DNA from: Candidatus Latescibacterota bacterium | GTDB taxonomy: Bacteria > Latescibacterota > UBA2968 > UBA8231 | Reading direction: 5' to 3' | Assembly (NCBI GenBank): GCA_963422735.1 | Contig: OY730476.1 | Span: forward strand, 2,848,001 to 2,912,000 | DNA: 64,000 bases | Shown here: piece by piece, positions 8,661 through 18,211 of the stretch | Numbering within the stretch: the stretch's first letter is position 1 | Layout: each line of letters begins with the position of its first letter | The notes under the pieces: model-generated | Told to the model about the DNA's origin: nothing | What the model saw: the letters and a program-made list of their open reading frames with translations, nothing else | Database searches by the model: none | Translations under genes and position numbers: made by a program

Positions 8661-9244
8661 AGCCCCTCATCCTCGGCTCGGCCTCGCCCCGGCGCGCCGC
8701 TTTGTTGCGCCAACTCGCCCTGCCCTTTACAGTCGTCCCCAGTCCAGTGCCAGAGCCTGTGCCCGCAACGTTCATCCCGGCCGACTACGCACTCGAATCG
8801 GCCATGGCCAAAGCCCGCGCTGTGGCCGGTTCAGTCGCCGCGGATGCCATCATCATCGCGGCGGACACCATCGTCTGTAGCAACGGCGCGATATTGGGCA
8901 AGCCCGCCGACGCAGCCGATGCGGCCTCCATGCTCGGTCGCCTCTCGGGCAAAGTCCATCAGGTCTATACCGGGTTGGCCATCCAAAGTGGTGAGCAACT
9001 CCTGAAGGAAGCTGTTTGCACCCAAGTGGAAATGCGGCCCTTGACCGCCGCCGACATCGCTGCTTACGTCGCTAGCGGCGAACCCCTCGACAAAGCCGGT
9101 GGCTATGGCATACAGGGGCTAGGGGCGCGCTTTATTGAACGCATCGCAGGTTGTTACTATAATGTAGTTGGTTTACCCTTAGCTCGTCTTTGCGTCCTTT
9201 TGAGCGCGGTGGGGTGCGACCTAAACGATCAGGCGACGAAATGA
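8657..9244 (+). CDS. maf: Maf family nucleoside triphosphate pyrophosphatase
   Basis: LILGSASPRR, ADTIV, GKP, DKAGGYGIQG and NVVGLP motifs. Confidence 0.95.
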   Translation: MKPLILGSASPRRAALLRQLALPFTVVPSPVPEPVPATFIPADYALESAMAKARAVAGSVAADAIIIAADTIVCSNGAILGKPADAADAASMLGRLSGKVHQVYTGLAIQSGEQLLKEAVCTQVEMRPLTAADIAAYVASGEPLDKAGGYGIQGLGARFIERIAGCYYNVVGLPLARLCVLLSAVGCDLNDQATK

Positions 9245-10137
9245 GCGAAAAAAAACAACAAACTATCGCAGAAGAATTGTCTGCCGCACGCCAAGCACAC
9301 GGCCTCGACCTAGAAGAAGTCCAGCGACAGAGCGGCATTAGTTCGGTCACCTTACAGGGTATGGAAGCCGGCCAGTTCAATGTGGTTGAGCCGGTATTCG
9401 TCCGCTTAGCCCTGAAAGCATATGCCGAATTCCTCCACCTCGACCCCGAGCCGCTCCTGACCCGCTTCGACCAACAGCACGGCCGGGCCTTCCAGCCTCG
9501 CCAACGCCCTGCAGTCTTACTATCGCAGCCCAAGCCCAAGCGCCGCTTGCGGACGCCGCTGATCGCCATCGGCTTGGTAATAGCTGTCTGCTGCCTGCTC
9601 GTTGTGGCGTATTACTCCTTTGGCGATAAGATGCCCGCACCACTAACGGCCCCGACCCAATCCGCCGCTCCAACACAAACGGATATCACTCCAACCGAAT
9701 TCCAGCCGATAGCCACCCTCAACGACACCCTTCTCGTCCAATCGTCAACTGAGCTGGAGGCTTCTGACGCACCCTCCACCGCAGACACCTCAGCGACCGC
9801 GGCCGCAACTCAAACCACCGAACTCGCTTCTGTCGTCCTCGAATTAGAAGCCCGCGACTCTACTTGGGTGCAGGTTAGCTGGGATGACGCAGCAGATAAT
9901 TTTGAGGGCCTCGTTCCACCCGGCCAGCGCCACCGCTTTGAGGCCCGCGATCACTTCGTCGTGCTCTCGACTCGTCCCCACGGTCTGCGCTATTGGTTGG
10001 ACGGCCAACTACTCGGCGACGGCCAGCTTGGCGACCCCAACCAAGTGCTGCGCTTCCGTGCCGCGGCCGACGGCATTAAGATCCTAGGAACGAATTTACA
10101 GCCCTTCACAGAAGAGGCCCCTGACGCTCAACCATGA
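9241..10137 (+). CDS. rodZ: RodZ-like protein (HTH_25, TM, C-terminal DUF4115-like domain)
   Basis: N-terminal HTH, YAEFLHLD, basic stretch then TM, C-terminal LEARDSTWVQV. Confidence 0.75.
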   Translation: MSEKKQQTIAEELSAARQAHGLDLEEVQRQSGISSVTLQGMEAGQFNVVEPVFVRLALKAYAEFLHLDPEPLLTRFDQQHGRAFQPRQRPAVLLSQPKPKRRLRTPLIAIGLVIAVCCLLVVAYYSFGDKMPAPLTAPTQSAAPTQTDITPTEFQPIATLNDTLLVQSSTELEASDAPSTADTSATAAATQTTELASVVLELEARDSTWVQVSWDDAADNFEGLVPPGQRHRFEARDHFVVLSTRPHGLRYWLDGQLLGDGQLGDPNQVLRFRAAADGIKILGTNLQPFTEEAPDAQP

Positions 10138-12584
10138 TCCAAGGCTACGTAGAGGTCTCCCTGCCGCCACCCGTAGCGCGCGAGTTGACCTATGGAGTAC
10201 CTGCTGAACTCGCCGCTGAAGTTCAGCCAGGGGCCTTGGTGTTGGTGCCGGTGGTCCAGCGCCGACTCACCGGCATCGTCTTGGGGCCGGCTACAATCGG
10301 CGATCTCTCCCCAAGCAAGATCCGCCCTATCGAACAAATTCTCGACACCTCGCTCCTCAGTCCCGAGATCGTTGCGCTCTGCCGCTGGATGGCTTCCTAC
10401 TACATGGCCCCCCTCGGCAGTGCGCTGATGGCCGCCCTACCTATAGGCGTCAAACTCAGTTCCAACCGCCTCGTGCATTTGCGCGAAGCGCCCACTGGCC
10501 ACCACACGGGCATGGAGGCGCAGATCCTTGGTGAGCTGCAGCGCAGCGGCTCCCTCAAGGTCAGCACCCTCAAGCGTCGCCTCGGTAGCCGGGGCTTGGA
10601 AAAGGGAGTGCGCACCCTGCGCCGCAGCGGGCGCATTGAAATCGCACCCGTGCTCGAAGACCGGCGACCCCGTGCCCTGAGCCAACGCCGCTTTCTTTTG
10701 AGCGATGAAACGGCCGCGCATACAGCCATCACCGACATCGAAAAGCGTGCGCCGCGCCAAGCAGCCTGTCTGCGCTACCTGCTCAACCACCCCACGGCTG
10801 TGCGCAGTGAACTGAGCGCAGCCGGCTTTTCCTCGGCCGTACTCAAGGCCCTCGAAGGCCGTGGCTTGATTGAGTCAACTGCCGAGGAAGTCATCCGCGA
10901 TCCCCTCGCCCACATCGCCAGCAGTGCCCCTCCGGACCTCGTCCCTACGGCCGACCAGCAACAGGCCCTCAACGCCCTGTCGGCCGCGCTTGATGCCCGG
11001 GAATTCTATCCGGCCCTGCTGCACGGCGTCACCGGCGCGGGCAAGACCCTCGTGTACGTCCAACTCGCGGCGCAGGCGTTGGACGCGGGACGCGGTGCGA
11101 TCATCTTGGTTCCAGAAATCGCCCTTGCTTGGCAGATGGTGCGGCGCTTCAAGGAGCACTTCGGCGAAGCAGTCGCCGTCCTCCACAGCCAGCTCTCGGT
11201 CGGAGAGCGCTACGACACTTGGCGTCGCTTGCGCCGGCGCGAGCAGCGCGTGCTCATCGGCGCTCGCTCGGCCATCCTCGCACCAGTAGGTGATTTGGGG
11301 CTGATTGTCGTGGACGAGGAACACGACACCTCGTACAAGCAAGAAGACCTAGACAGCAGCCACCCCCTCACCTACAACGCCCGCGACCTCGCCTTAGTCC
11401 GCGGGCGGCACGGCAACGCCGTCGTCGTCCTCGGCTCGGCTACGCCCAGCCTAGAGTCGCACTGGAATGCCGTCACGGGCAAGTACCACCTCCACACCTT
11501 GCCCCGCCGCATCGACGACCGCCCCTTACCGCACGTGACGGTCGTCGATATGAAAAAGGAGCCTTTCCAAAAGCAGCAGCGCACCATCTTCTCGCACGAC
11601 TTGCGACGCAAGATGCAAGATCGCCTTGACCGCGGCGAGAAAATCATCCTATTGCAAAACCGCCGCGGCTTCGCGCCCTTCATTAGCTGCACCGCCTGTG
11701 GCGAGCCAATCCAGTGCTCCAGTTGCCGAGTCTCGCTGACATATCACCGGCGATCCACTGCCTCCGAGATCCGCTGTCACTACTGCGACTTCGCGGCCCC
11801 ACCGCCGCGGGTCTGCCCATCCTGCGGCAGTCCAGAGCTGCGCTTCGAAGGGGTGGGCACTCAACGGGTAGAAAGCGCCCTCTTGGCCCAATTCCCCGGC
11901 ATCCGCGTCATCCGCATGGACGTGGACACCACCGCTTGGAAAGGCGCGCACGACGTGCTCGTCGAGCGCTTCCGCCGCGGCGAGGCCGACGTGCTGCTCG
12001 GCACCCAAATGGTCGCCAAGGGCCTCGACCTGCCCGAGGTCACGCTAGTCGGCGTAATTTCCGCCGACACCGGCATGCACCTGCCCGACTTTCGCGCGTC
12101 CGAGCGGAGCTTCCAACTCCTGACCCAAGTCGCCGGCCGTTCGGGTCGTGGTCACATAGCCGGCGAGGTCGTCATCCAGACGTTTCTGCCCGAAGACGCA
12201 GCTCTGTGTGCGGCTGCAAACCAAAACTACGCGGACTTTGCTCGCGGCGAGCTAGCCCAACGTCAGCAGGCCGGGTTCCCCCCTTTTGGCCGCCTAGTCG
12301 TCTTCCGCTGGCGTGGCCCCTGCGAGCAAGCCGTTGAAACCGGGGCGCAACAGGGCGTGGCCGCCCTGCGGCAGGGTCTCGACGCAGACGCGCTCGTGCT
12401 CGGGCCGGCACCGGCCCCGCTGGCGCGGCTGCGCGGTCACTACCGCTGGCAAGCCCTCTTCCGCGGCCCTTCGGCACACCACTTGCGCACAACGGCCCTC
12501 AGCGCGCTGCCGGCCATGCGCGAGGTCGCCAAAAACCACGCCCTCCACTTTTCCATTAACATCGACCCCCTAACGATGATGTAG
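10134..12584 (+). CDS. priA: Primosomal protein N' (replication restart helicase)
   Basis: GVTGAGKT, LVPEIAL, VDEEH, SATPS, Cys-rich CxxC cluster, GTQMVAKGLD, QVAGRSGR. Confidence 0.97.
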   Translation: MIQGYVEVSLPPPVARELTYGVPAELAAEVQPGALVLVPVVQRRLTGIVLGPATIGDLSPSKIRPIEQILDTSLLSPEIVALCRWMASYYMAPLGSALMAALPIGVKLSSNRLVHLREAPTGHHTGMEAQILGELQRSGSLKVSTLKRRLGSRGLEKGVRTLRRSGRIEIAPVLEDRRPRALSQRRFLLSDETAAHTAITDIEKRAPRQAACLRYLLNHPTAVRSELSAAGFSSAVLKALEGRGLIESTAEEVIRDPLAHIASSAPPDLVPTADQQQALNALSAALDAREFYPALLHGVTGAGKTLVYVQLAAQALDAGRGAIILVPEIALAWQMVRRFKEHFGEAVAVLHSQLSVGERYDTWRRLRRREQRVLIGARSAILAPVGDLGLIVVDEEHDTSYKQEDLDSSHPLTYNARDLALVRGRHGNAVVVLGSATPSLESHWNAVTGKYHLHTLPRRIDDRPLPHVTVVDMKKEPFQKQQRTIFSHDLRRKMQDRLDRGEKIILLQNRRGFAPFISCTACGEPIQCSSCRVSLTYHRRSTASEIRCHYCDFAAPPPRVCPSCGSPELRFEGVGTQRVESALLAQFPGIRVIRMDVDTTAWKGAHDVLVERFRRGEADVLLGTQMVAKGLDLPEVTLVGVISADTGMHLPDFRASERSFQLLTQVAGRSGRGHIAGEVVIQTFLPEDAALCAAANQNYADFARGELAQRQQAGFPPFGRLVVFRWRGPCEQAVETGAQQGVAALRQGLDADALVLGPAPAPLARLRGHYRWQALFRGPSAHHLRTTALSALPAMREVAKNHALHFSINIDPLTMM

Positions 12585-12593
12585 GCCGTTTCC

Positions 12594-14801
12594 ATGCTCT
12601 TGATCCGCCTTGCTCCACTGTTGTTCTTGGCTCTGCCCGTCCGCGCCCAGCTATCCGGCACCCAATGGGAAGCCTATACCAGTATGCGCCAAATCAACCG
12701 GGTCCTCGTCCACCAAGACGAGGTCTGGGCCGGCACCAGCGGCGGCGTCCTGCGCTACGACCAGCAGATCCAAGCCTATACGCGCTTCACCCGCCGCGAT
12801 GGCCTACCGGGCAACCTCATCTTGAGCCTATCTGTAGATGACAACGGCCACCTGTGGTTTGGTACGGACTCCGAGGGCTTGAGCCGCTATCGGCCCGAGA
12901 AGAACCACTTCGACCCGCCCTTCCTCGACTTCCTCGACCTGCGCATCAATGCCCTTGAGCCTCATGGGGACATCCTCTACGTCGGCAGCGAGCGCGGCGT
13001 CAGCGCGTTTGTCATCAGCAAAGAGGAGGTCAAGGAAACCTATCGCCGCTTAGGGGAGCTGCCCAAAGACACCGAGGTGACCAGCATTGAAGTGTTTGCC
13101 GGTCGTCTGTGGGCCGGGACCGTCAATGGCCTAATATGGGCGGATTTGCACCAACCCAATCTCCAAGACCCCAGCAGTTGGGAAGCCGAGCCAATAAGGG
13201 GCGAGGTCCGCGACATGCTGGTCTATCAAGACACGCTCTTCGTTTCGGCCACGGACGGCCTCTGGCGAGTACATCCCGCGCTTGACCACCCCGAGCTTGA
13301 TTACTCTACTACTAGCAGCGTTGCCCTCGGCCTCTTCGAGGAGCGCATCGTCAGCGCGACGGCCGACGGCCTCTTATTCCAGCGCGAGGGCACCAACCGT
13401 TGGCAGCCGCTCAACGCGCCGAACATCAGCAGCACCGCCGACCTGTCCGATACCAACGGCCCCCTGTGGGTGGCCAGCGCGAACGGCCTGCGCGTCCTCG
13501 GTACCGACCCGCCGCCGCCGCCCCGCGAGCCTATAGGCAACTTCTTCTTCGACATGACCCAGACCGCCGATAGTCATCTGTGGGTCGCCTCCGTGCCCAA
13601 GGACAATCTGCCCGCTTTCGGCCTGTACGAGTTCGACGGCGAGGGATGGACCACCCACACCATGAGGAGCAATCTATCGTCCGAGATCGTGTCGACCGTA
13701 GAGACCGACGCCGAGGGCCTGCTGTGGGTCGGCAATTGGGGTCGGGGCATTGACGTGCGCGACGCCAATGGCCGGTGGCGGAATCTCAACGCCAATAACT
13801 CGGCCCTCGAAGGCATCGACGGCGATACTTTTGTCGCCATCAGCGACATTGACCGCGATGCCAACGGCTCGATGTGGATCGCCAACGTCCGCAATGGGCT
13901 AGTCGTCATGGATGGATGGCCACCCCAACAGGCCGCACTCAACAACCAGTTGGATTTCGGCATGTCCCCGGGCCGGGACATGACCAAAATCGCCATCGGT
14001 CCCGACGGCCTGAAGTGGATCGGGACGGCACTCGACGGCTTTTTCCTATTAGATGATGGCGGCACCCCTTTTGATATTGGAGACGAGATCGGCCTAGTCT
14101 TCGACACAGCCGCGTATCCAGACCTGACCAGCAACGCCGTCATCGATATCCACATCGATCGCTCGGGGCAGGTGTGGGTCGCCACGAACAACGGCCTCAA
14201 TGCAGTGCGCGGCGAGTATTCGCGCACCAACGCACGTTTTGATGTCACAAGCTGGAAGGTGTACAACACCGGCAATGGGCTGCCGTCCAGTGCGACCACG
14301 TCGCTGGCCGAAGACGACTGGGGGCGCATTTGGGTCGGCACCGAAGGCGGCTTGGCCCGCATCGACACCGAGGGCCGAGTCGAGTTCGCACTCGACACCA
14401 GCGACCGCCTCGTCAACAACCGCGTCAACTCGCTTTACTTCGACCAAGACAACGGCGCGCTGTGGATTGGCACGCTCGGCGGGATGAGCCGCCTGCAACT
14501 CGGCGGCTCGGGGATAGTCGCTGGTCCTCAGGCGTACGCGTATCCCAACCCCTTCCACATCGGCGGGCGCGGCACAGCTCTGACCTTTGCCGACCTGCCG
14601 CTGGGGGCCGGTGTGCGCGTTTTCACCGCGGCGGGCGAACTCGTCCGCCAACTCGACAGCGCGGCCGGTCAAGGAGCGGTCACTTGGAACGGCCAGAGCG
14701 CGGCGGGCTTTCTCGTGGGGTCGGGTATTTACTACTTTGTCGCGCAGGCAGAAACCGGCGACGCAGTGCGCGGCAAATTTGCCGTGATCAACAACCGCTG
14801 A
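12594..14801 (+). CDS. Secreted beta-propeller protein with C-terminal FlgD-Ig/T9SS-like domain (PorZ-like)
   Basis: Signal peptide, repeated LWVGT/GL propeller blades, C-terminal AYPNPF...WNG...SGIY...GKFAVI. Confidence 0.7.
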   Translation: MLLIRLAPLLFLALPVRAQLSGTQWEAYTSMRQINRVLVHQDEVWAGTSGGVLRYDQQIQAYTRFTRRDGLPGNLILSLSVDDNGHLWFGTDSEGLSRYRPEKNHFDPPFLDFLDLRINALEPHGDILYVGSERGVSAFVISKEEVKETYRRLGELPKDTEVTSIEVFAGRLWAGTVNGLIWADLHQPNLQDPSSWEAEPIRGEVRDMLVYQDTLFVSATDGLWRVHPALDHPELDYSTTSSVALGLFEERIVSATADGLLFQREGTNRWQPLNAPNISSTADLSDTNGPLWVASANGLRVLGTDPPPPPREPIGNFFFDMTQTADSHLWVASVPKDNLPAFGLYEFDGEGWTTHTMRSNLSSEIVSTVETDAEGLLWVGNWGRGIDVRDANGRWRNLNANNSALEGIDGDTFVAISDIDRDANGSMWIANVRNGLVVMDGWPPQQAALNNQLDFGMSPGRDMTKIAIGPDGLKWIGTALDGFFLLDDGGTPFDIGDEIGLVFDTAAYPDLTSNAVIDIHIDRSGQVWVATNNGLNAVRGEYSRTNARFDVTSWKVYNTGNGLPSSATTSLAEDDWGRIWVGTEGGLARIDTEGRVEFALDTSDRLVNNRVNSLYFDQDNGALWIGTLGGMSRLQLGGSGIVAGPQAYAYPNPFHIGGRGTALTFADLPLGAGVRVFTAAGELVRQLDSAAGQGAVTWNGQSAAGFLVGSGIYYFVAQAETGDAVRGKFAVINNR

Positions 14802-14802
14802 C

Positions 14803-15456
14803 ATGCGCGGCCTCTACACCGCGCTCGCCATCGCGCTCCTCGCTGTACATAGCCCGGCCCAGCCCCTATTTACCATTGCGCGGCTGCAATACGGCGGCGG
14901 CGGCGACTGGTATAGCGACCCCTCTTCTCTGCCCAATCTGCTCCGCTTCTTGAGGGCGCACACCCAAATCGACGCGGCCGAATCCGAGGCGCGCGTGCAA
15001 ATCATGGATGAGGAGTTGTTTTCCTATCCGTACATCTACATGACTGGGCACGGCAATGTGGCTTTTTCCGCTGAGGAAGCGGCGCGGCTTCGGCACTACT
15101 TAGAAAGCGGCGGATTTCTCCACGCCGACGACAACTACGGCATGGACGAGAGCTTCCGCCGCGCCATGCGCCAAGTTTTTTCCAATGCCGAGTGGGTGGA
15201 GCTACCGCCTGAGCATCCCCTGTTTCACTGCCACTTTGAGCTGCCGGAGGGCCTACCCAAAGTCCACGAGCACGACGGCAAAAGACCGCAAGCCCTCGCG
15301 CTTTTCACGGGCGAGCGCCTAGCCGTGCTGTACACGTATGAGGCGGACTTAGGCGACGGCTGGGAAGACCCCAGCGTCCACAGCGACCCGGAGAGCAAGC
15401 GGCTCGACGCCCTCAAGATGGGTGCCAATATCGCGGTGTGGGCGCTGAGCCACTAG
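14803..15456 (+). CDS. DUF4159 domain protein
   Basis: IARLQYGGGGDWY, YMTGHG, DDNYG, KVHEHD and DLGDGWED motifs. Confidence 0.9.
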   Translation: MRGLYTALAIALLAVHSPAQPLFTIARLQYGGGGDWYSDPSSLPNLLRFLRAHTQIDAAESEARVQIMDEELFSYPYIYMTGHGNVAFSAEEAARLRHYLESGGFLHADDNYGMDESFRRAMRQVFSNAEWVELPPEHPLFHCHFELPEGLPKVHEHDGKRPQALALFTGERLAVLYTYEADLGDGWEDPSVHSDPESKRLDALKMGANIAVWALSH

Positions 15457-15576
15457 CGCCCCGGTCTGAGCCGAAGCAAGACATAAACAGCGAATGCACG
15501 ACGATCCTTTAGCGTCGCATGTTTGAGTAGCACCATCGCCTCCGCTGTCTTCTCAACATGTCTGATGGTGCCGCCG

Positions 15577-15975
15577 TCAACAGCCTCCGAAATGCAGCAA
15601 GCGATACCCCCATAACGCCAGCACGAGGGCGAGTACGCTTCCGGAGAGACCCTTGCGGAGATACGGAGGCAGCGCGAGCCAAGCGCGGCCGAACCGACGC
15701 GGAAAGCATGCCAGACCAAGGGCCAATGGGACGAGGAAAAACGCAAAGGGATGGTAGTGCCAAGCCCCGGCGAGATTGCCTTGTGCGAAGGCTATGCAGG
15801 CGCGCGTCATGCCGCAGCCGGGGCAGGGTAGCTGGGTGAGGAAACGGAAGAGACACAGGGTCGGCCAAGCCTCGCCGGGCACGGGGCTAGACCGCGCCAG
15901 GAATGCAGCGACGAGCACCAGTCCAACGAGGAAAATTCGCGCGAGGTGGACTGGACTAACTGTCGGCGCTTTCAC
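15577..15975 (-). CDS. DUF2752 domain membrane protein
   Basis: CLFRFLTQLPCPGCGMTRA motif. Confidence 0.85.
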   Translation of the reverse strand: MKAPTVSPVHLARIFLVGLVLVAAFLARSSPVPGEAWPTLCLFRFLTQLPCPGCGMTRACIAFAQGNLAGAWHYHPFAFFLVPLALGLACFPRRFGRAWLALPPYLRKGLSGSVLALVLALWGYRLLHFGGC

Positions 15976-16339
15976 CGTAGAACTTGTTGATTTCCCACTG
16001 CTGGATGGCAGTAGCGGCCAAGCCGAAGGAAAAAATAGAAACTAGGACGCAGATCAACGCTAGGTCTTTGTTTGTGCGCAGATCATTGCTCTCCTGAATT
16101 TCGTTGATGCCCTTCGCCATCTTGTACTCGTAGTAAATCTCAAATATGCTGCACGTTAAAATAAAGAGTACAAGCCAAAGCCAGAAGTTGTACTCCTCGC
16201 GATCGAGCCACGCATTGAGCGTTTCCATCTGTTTGTATTGCCAATAGAAATAGTAAATCCCACACGTCAGAATGCTGACGATTATTCCCAAGACAATGCT
16301 TCTTACTCCGTCGTATTCTGGATACGGGTGGCTCTGCAT
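15956..16339 (-). CDS. DUF4234 domain membrane protein
   Basis: Repeated SILTCGIYYFYWQYK / ILTCSIFEIYYEYK; C-terminal IQQWEIN. Confidence 0.85.
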   Translation of the reverse strand: MQSHPYPEYDGVRSIVLGIIVSILTCGIYYFYWQYKQMETLNAWLDREEYNFWLWLVLFILTCSIFEIYYEYKMAKGINEIQESNDLRTNKDLALICVLVSIFSFGLAATAIQQWEINKFYGESADS

Positions 16340-16384
16340 AATTGGCTCTCCAGCTATGGGGCGGGAATATAGCCTCTGCTCACT

Positions 16385-16562
16385 CGCGATCTTACTATGG
16401 CGCTATCCTCACCTCAATCCCAAGGACTCTATCCATGTGGCAACAGCCTTGATCACTGAAGGCATTGACGTATTGCATACTTTTGACAGGGACCTTTTGC
16501 GGTTGAATGGCCAATTGGGACCGCCTCCTCTGCGAATTTCTACTCCAGATATACCAGATTAG
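16385..16562 (+). pseudogene. C-terminal remnant of a PIN-domain (VapC-like) toxin
   Basis: LNPKDSIHVATAL...LHTFDRDL is the PIN C-terminal D-x-I-H-x-A-T-A...T-F-D pattern; no N-terminal half. Confidence 0.6.
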
Positions 16563-16600
16563 CTTACTATTCCGTTTGCATAACTCACTTTGACCCAACC

Positions 16601-18211
16601 CTAGCCCCCTTCCACAACGCTCATATACGTGTCAATCGGCAAGTCCGTCACCTTCTGTAGCACTCCACTTGGCCAATAGATGTGCAGCGAATCCGCCCGG
16701 CCCGCCGCACCCAAGCCAAAATGCACGCGCCGGTCGCTGCTGCCCAAGAAGCTCTCGCCGCAGAGCACGTCCCGCCGCTGCCTTTGACCGCCGCTCCACA
16801 ATACGACCTTTGCGCCGATGGCCTCGCGGTTTTTTCCCGCGCCCAACAGGCGCACTCCGAACCAGTGGTGATCAGCGGCCGTCTGGTTGTGCAGCAGGGA
16901 GGGCCGGCCGTTGAGGTTGGTGACGAACAGATCTACGCGGCCATCGTCGTCAAAGTCCCCGACCACCGCGCCGCGGCTAACCGCTGGACCTTCGCCCAGC
17001 TCGACGAGGCGGAAATGGCCGGCGTCATTGGCGAACAAGTGATTCGCTTGCGCGTAAGTCGCGCCGCTGCCGGGGCGTTCGATCTGCGGATATACGTGCC
17101 CGTTGGCCACGAATAAGTCTTGGTCGGCGTCGTTGTCGTAATCAAAAAAGACCGCGCCAAACCCCACGTAGGGAAGGCTGATGCGGCCCAAGCCCGCGGC
17201 AAAGCTCACGTCCGCAAAGGTGCCGTCGCCGGTGTTGCGATAGAGCGTGTTGTAGTCGTCCTCAAAGTTGGTGACCAGCAAATCGCCGTCGCCGTCGTTG
17301 TCGTAATCGCCCCAAGCCGCGCCCATGCCGGCCTGCGCCAAACCCGTTTCCCCCAGCGCGGCATTGGCCTGTAGCCCCACTTCGGTAAAGGTGCCGTCTC
17401 CTGCGTTGCGATAGAGGAAATTGGGCGTCGAGTCGTTGGCCACATACAGATCCAAATCCCCGTCGTCGTCGCTGTCGATGAAGAGCACGGCAAACCCATA
17501 GCCCGGGTCGTGCTGGCTGAGGCCGCTGGTCGCCGTCAAATCGGCAAAAGTGACAGCGCCATCGTTGCGGTAAAACACATCTGGCAACGCGGGCAAGCCC
17601 AGGGGGCCGATGAATACGTCCCGGCCCTTCCACTGCGTCCCCAAAGGCTGCACCGCGGCCGAATCAAAATCCGCGTAATTGGCCACGTACAAATCCAAGT
17701 CGCCGTCCAAGTCTGCGTCGCCCATGGCCGCGCCCGTACTCCACACCGGCAGCACCAACCCAGCGCGGATCGTAGCATCGGCGAATTGCTCTAACCCGTC
17801 GTTGCGATAGAGGATGTTTTCTTGCAGGCAGGTGATGTACAGGTCGGCATCGCCGTCGGCATCGTAGTCCGCGCTCAGCGCGCCCATGCCCCAGCCGTGA
17901 CCCGAGGCACCGGCCGCGGCCGCTATATCGACAAAGCCCCGGGCGCGGTCGTTGCGGTATAGGGCATTGCCACCGCCCTCCCCATTGACCCAGTAGATGT
18001 CCAAATCGCCGTCCGAGTCCGCATCGAGGAGCGCGGCCCCACCCCCTTTGGCTTCGACGATATAGCGCTTTTCCGCACCGCCACCGACGTGGGACCGCTT
18101 CAAGCCCCAATCGCCGGCTCTGTCGCTGAAGGGAGGACCGTCAGCAGGTGTGCAGGCCACCAAGCACAGCGGCAAAAAACCACTCCACTTCAGTCGCGTC
18201 ACAACCTTCAA
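16601..18211 (-). CDS. CRTAC1-family lipoprotein (FG-GAP repeats + ASPIC/UnbV)
   Basis: Repeated DxDxDGDxDL motifs, C-terminal AIGAKV...HFGLG...WPSG. Likely TTG start overlapping the RND stop; lipobox LVAC. Confidence 0.88.
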   Translation of the reverse strand: MKVVTRLKWSGFLPLCLVACTPADGPPFSDRAGDWGLKRSHVGGGAEKRYIVEAKGGGAALLDADSDGDLDIYWVNGEGGGNALYRNDRARGFVDIAAAAGASGHGWGMGALSADYDADGDADLYITCLQENILYRNDGLEQFADATIRAGLVLPVWSTGAAMGDADLDGDLDLYVANYADFDSAAVQPLGTQWKGRDVFIGPLGLPALPDVFYRNDGAVTFADLTATSGLSQHDPGYGFAVLFIDSDDDGDLDLYVANDSTPNFLYRNAGDGTFTEVGLQANAALGETGLAQAGMGAAWGDYDNDGDGDLLVTNFEDDYNTLYRNTGDGTFADVSFAAGLGRISLPYVGFGAVFFDYDNDADQDLFVANGHVYPQIERPGSGATYAQANHLFANDAGHFRLVELGEGPAVSRGAVVGDFDDDGRVDLFVTNLNGRPSLLHNQTAADHHWFGVRLLGAGKNREAIGAKVVLWSGGQRQRRDVLCGESFLGSSDRRVHFGLGAAGRADSLHIYWPSGVLQKVTDLPIDTYMSVVEGG

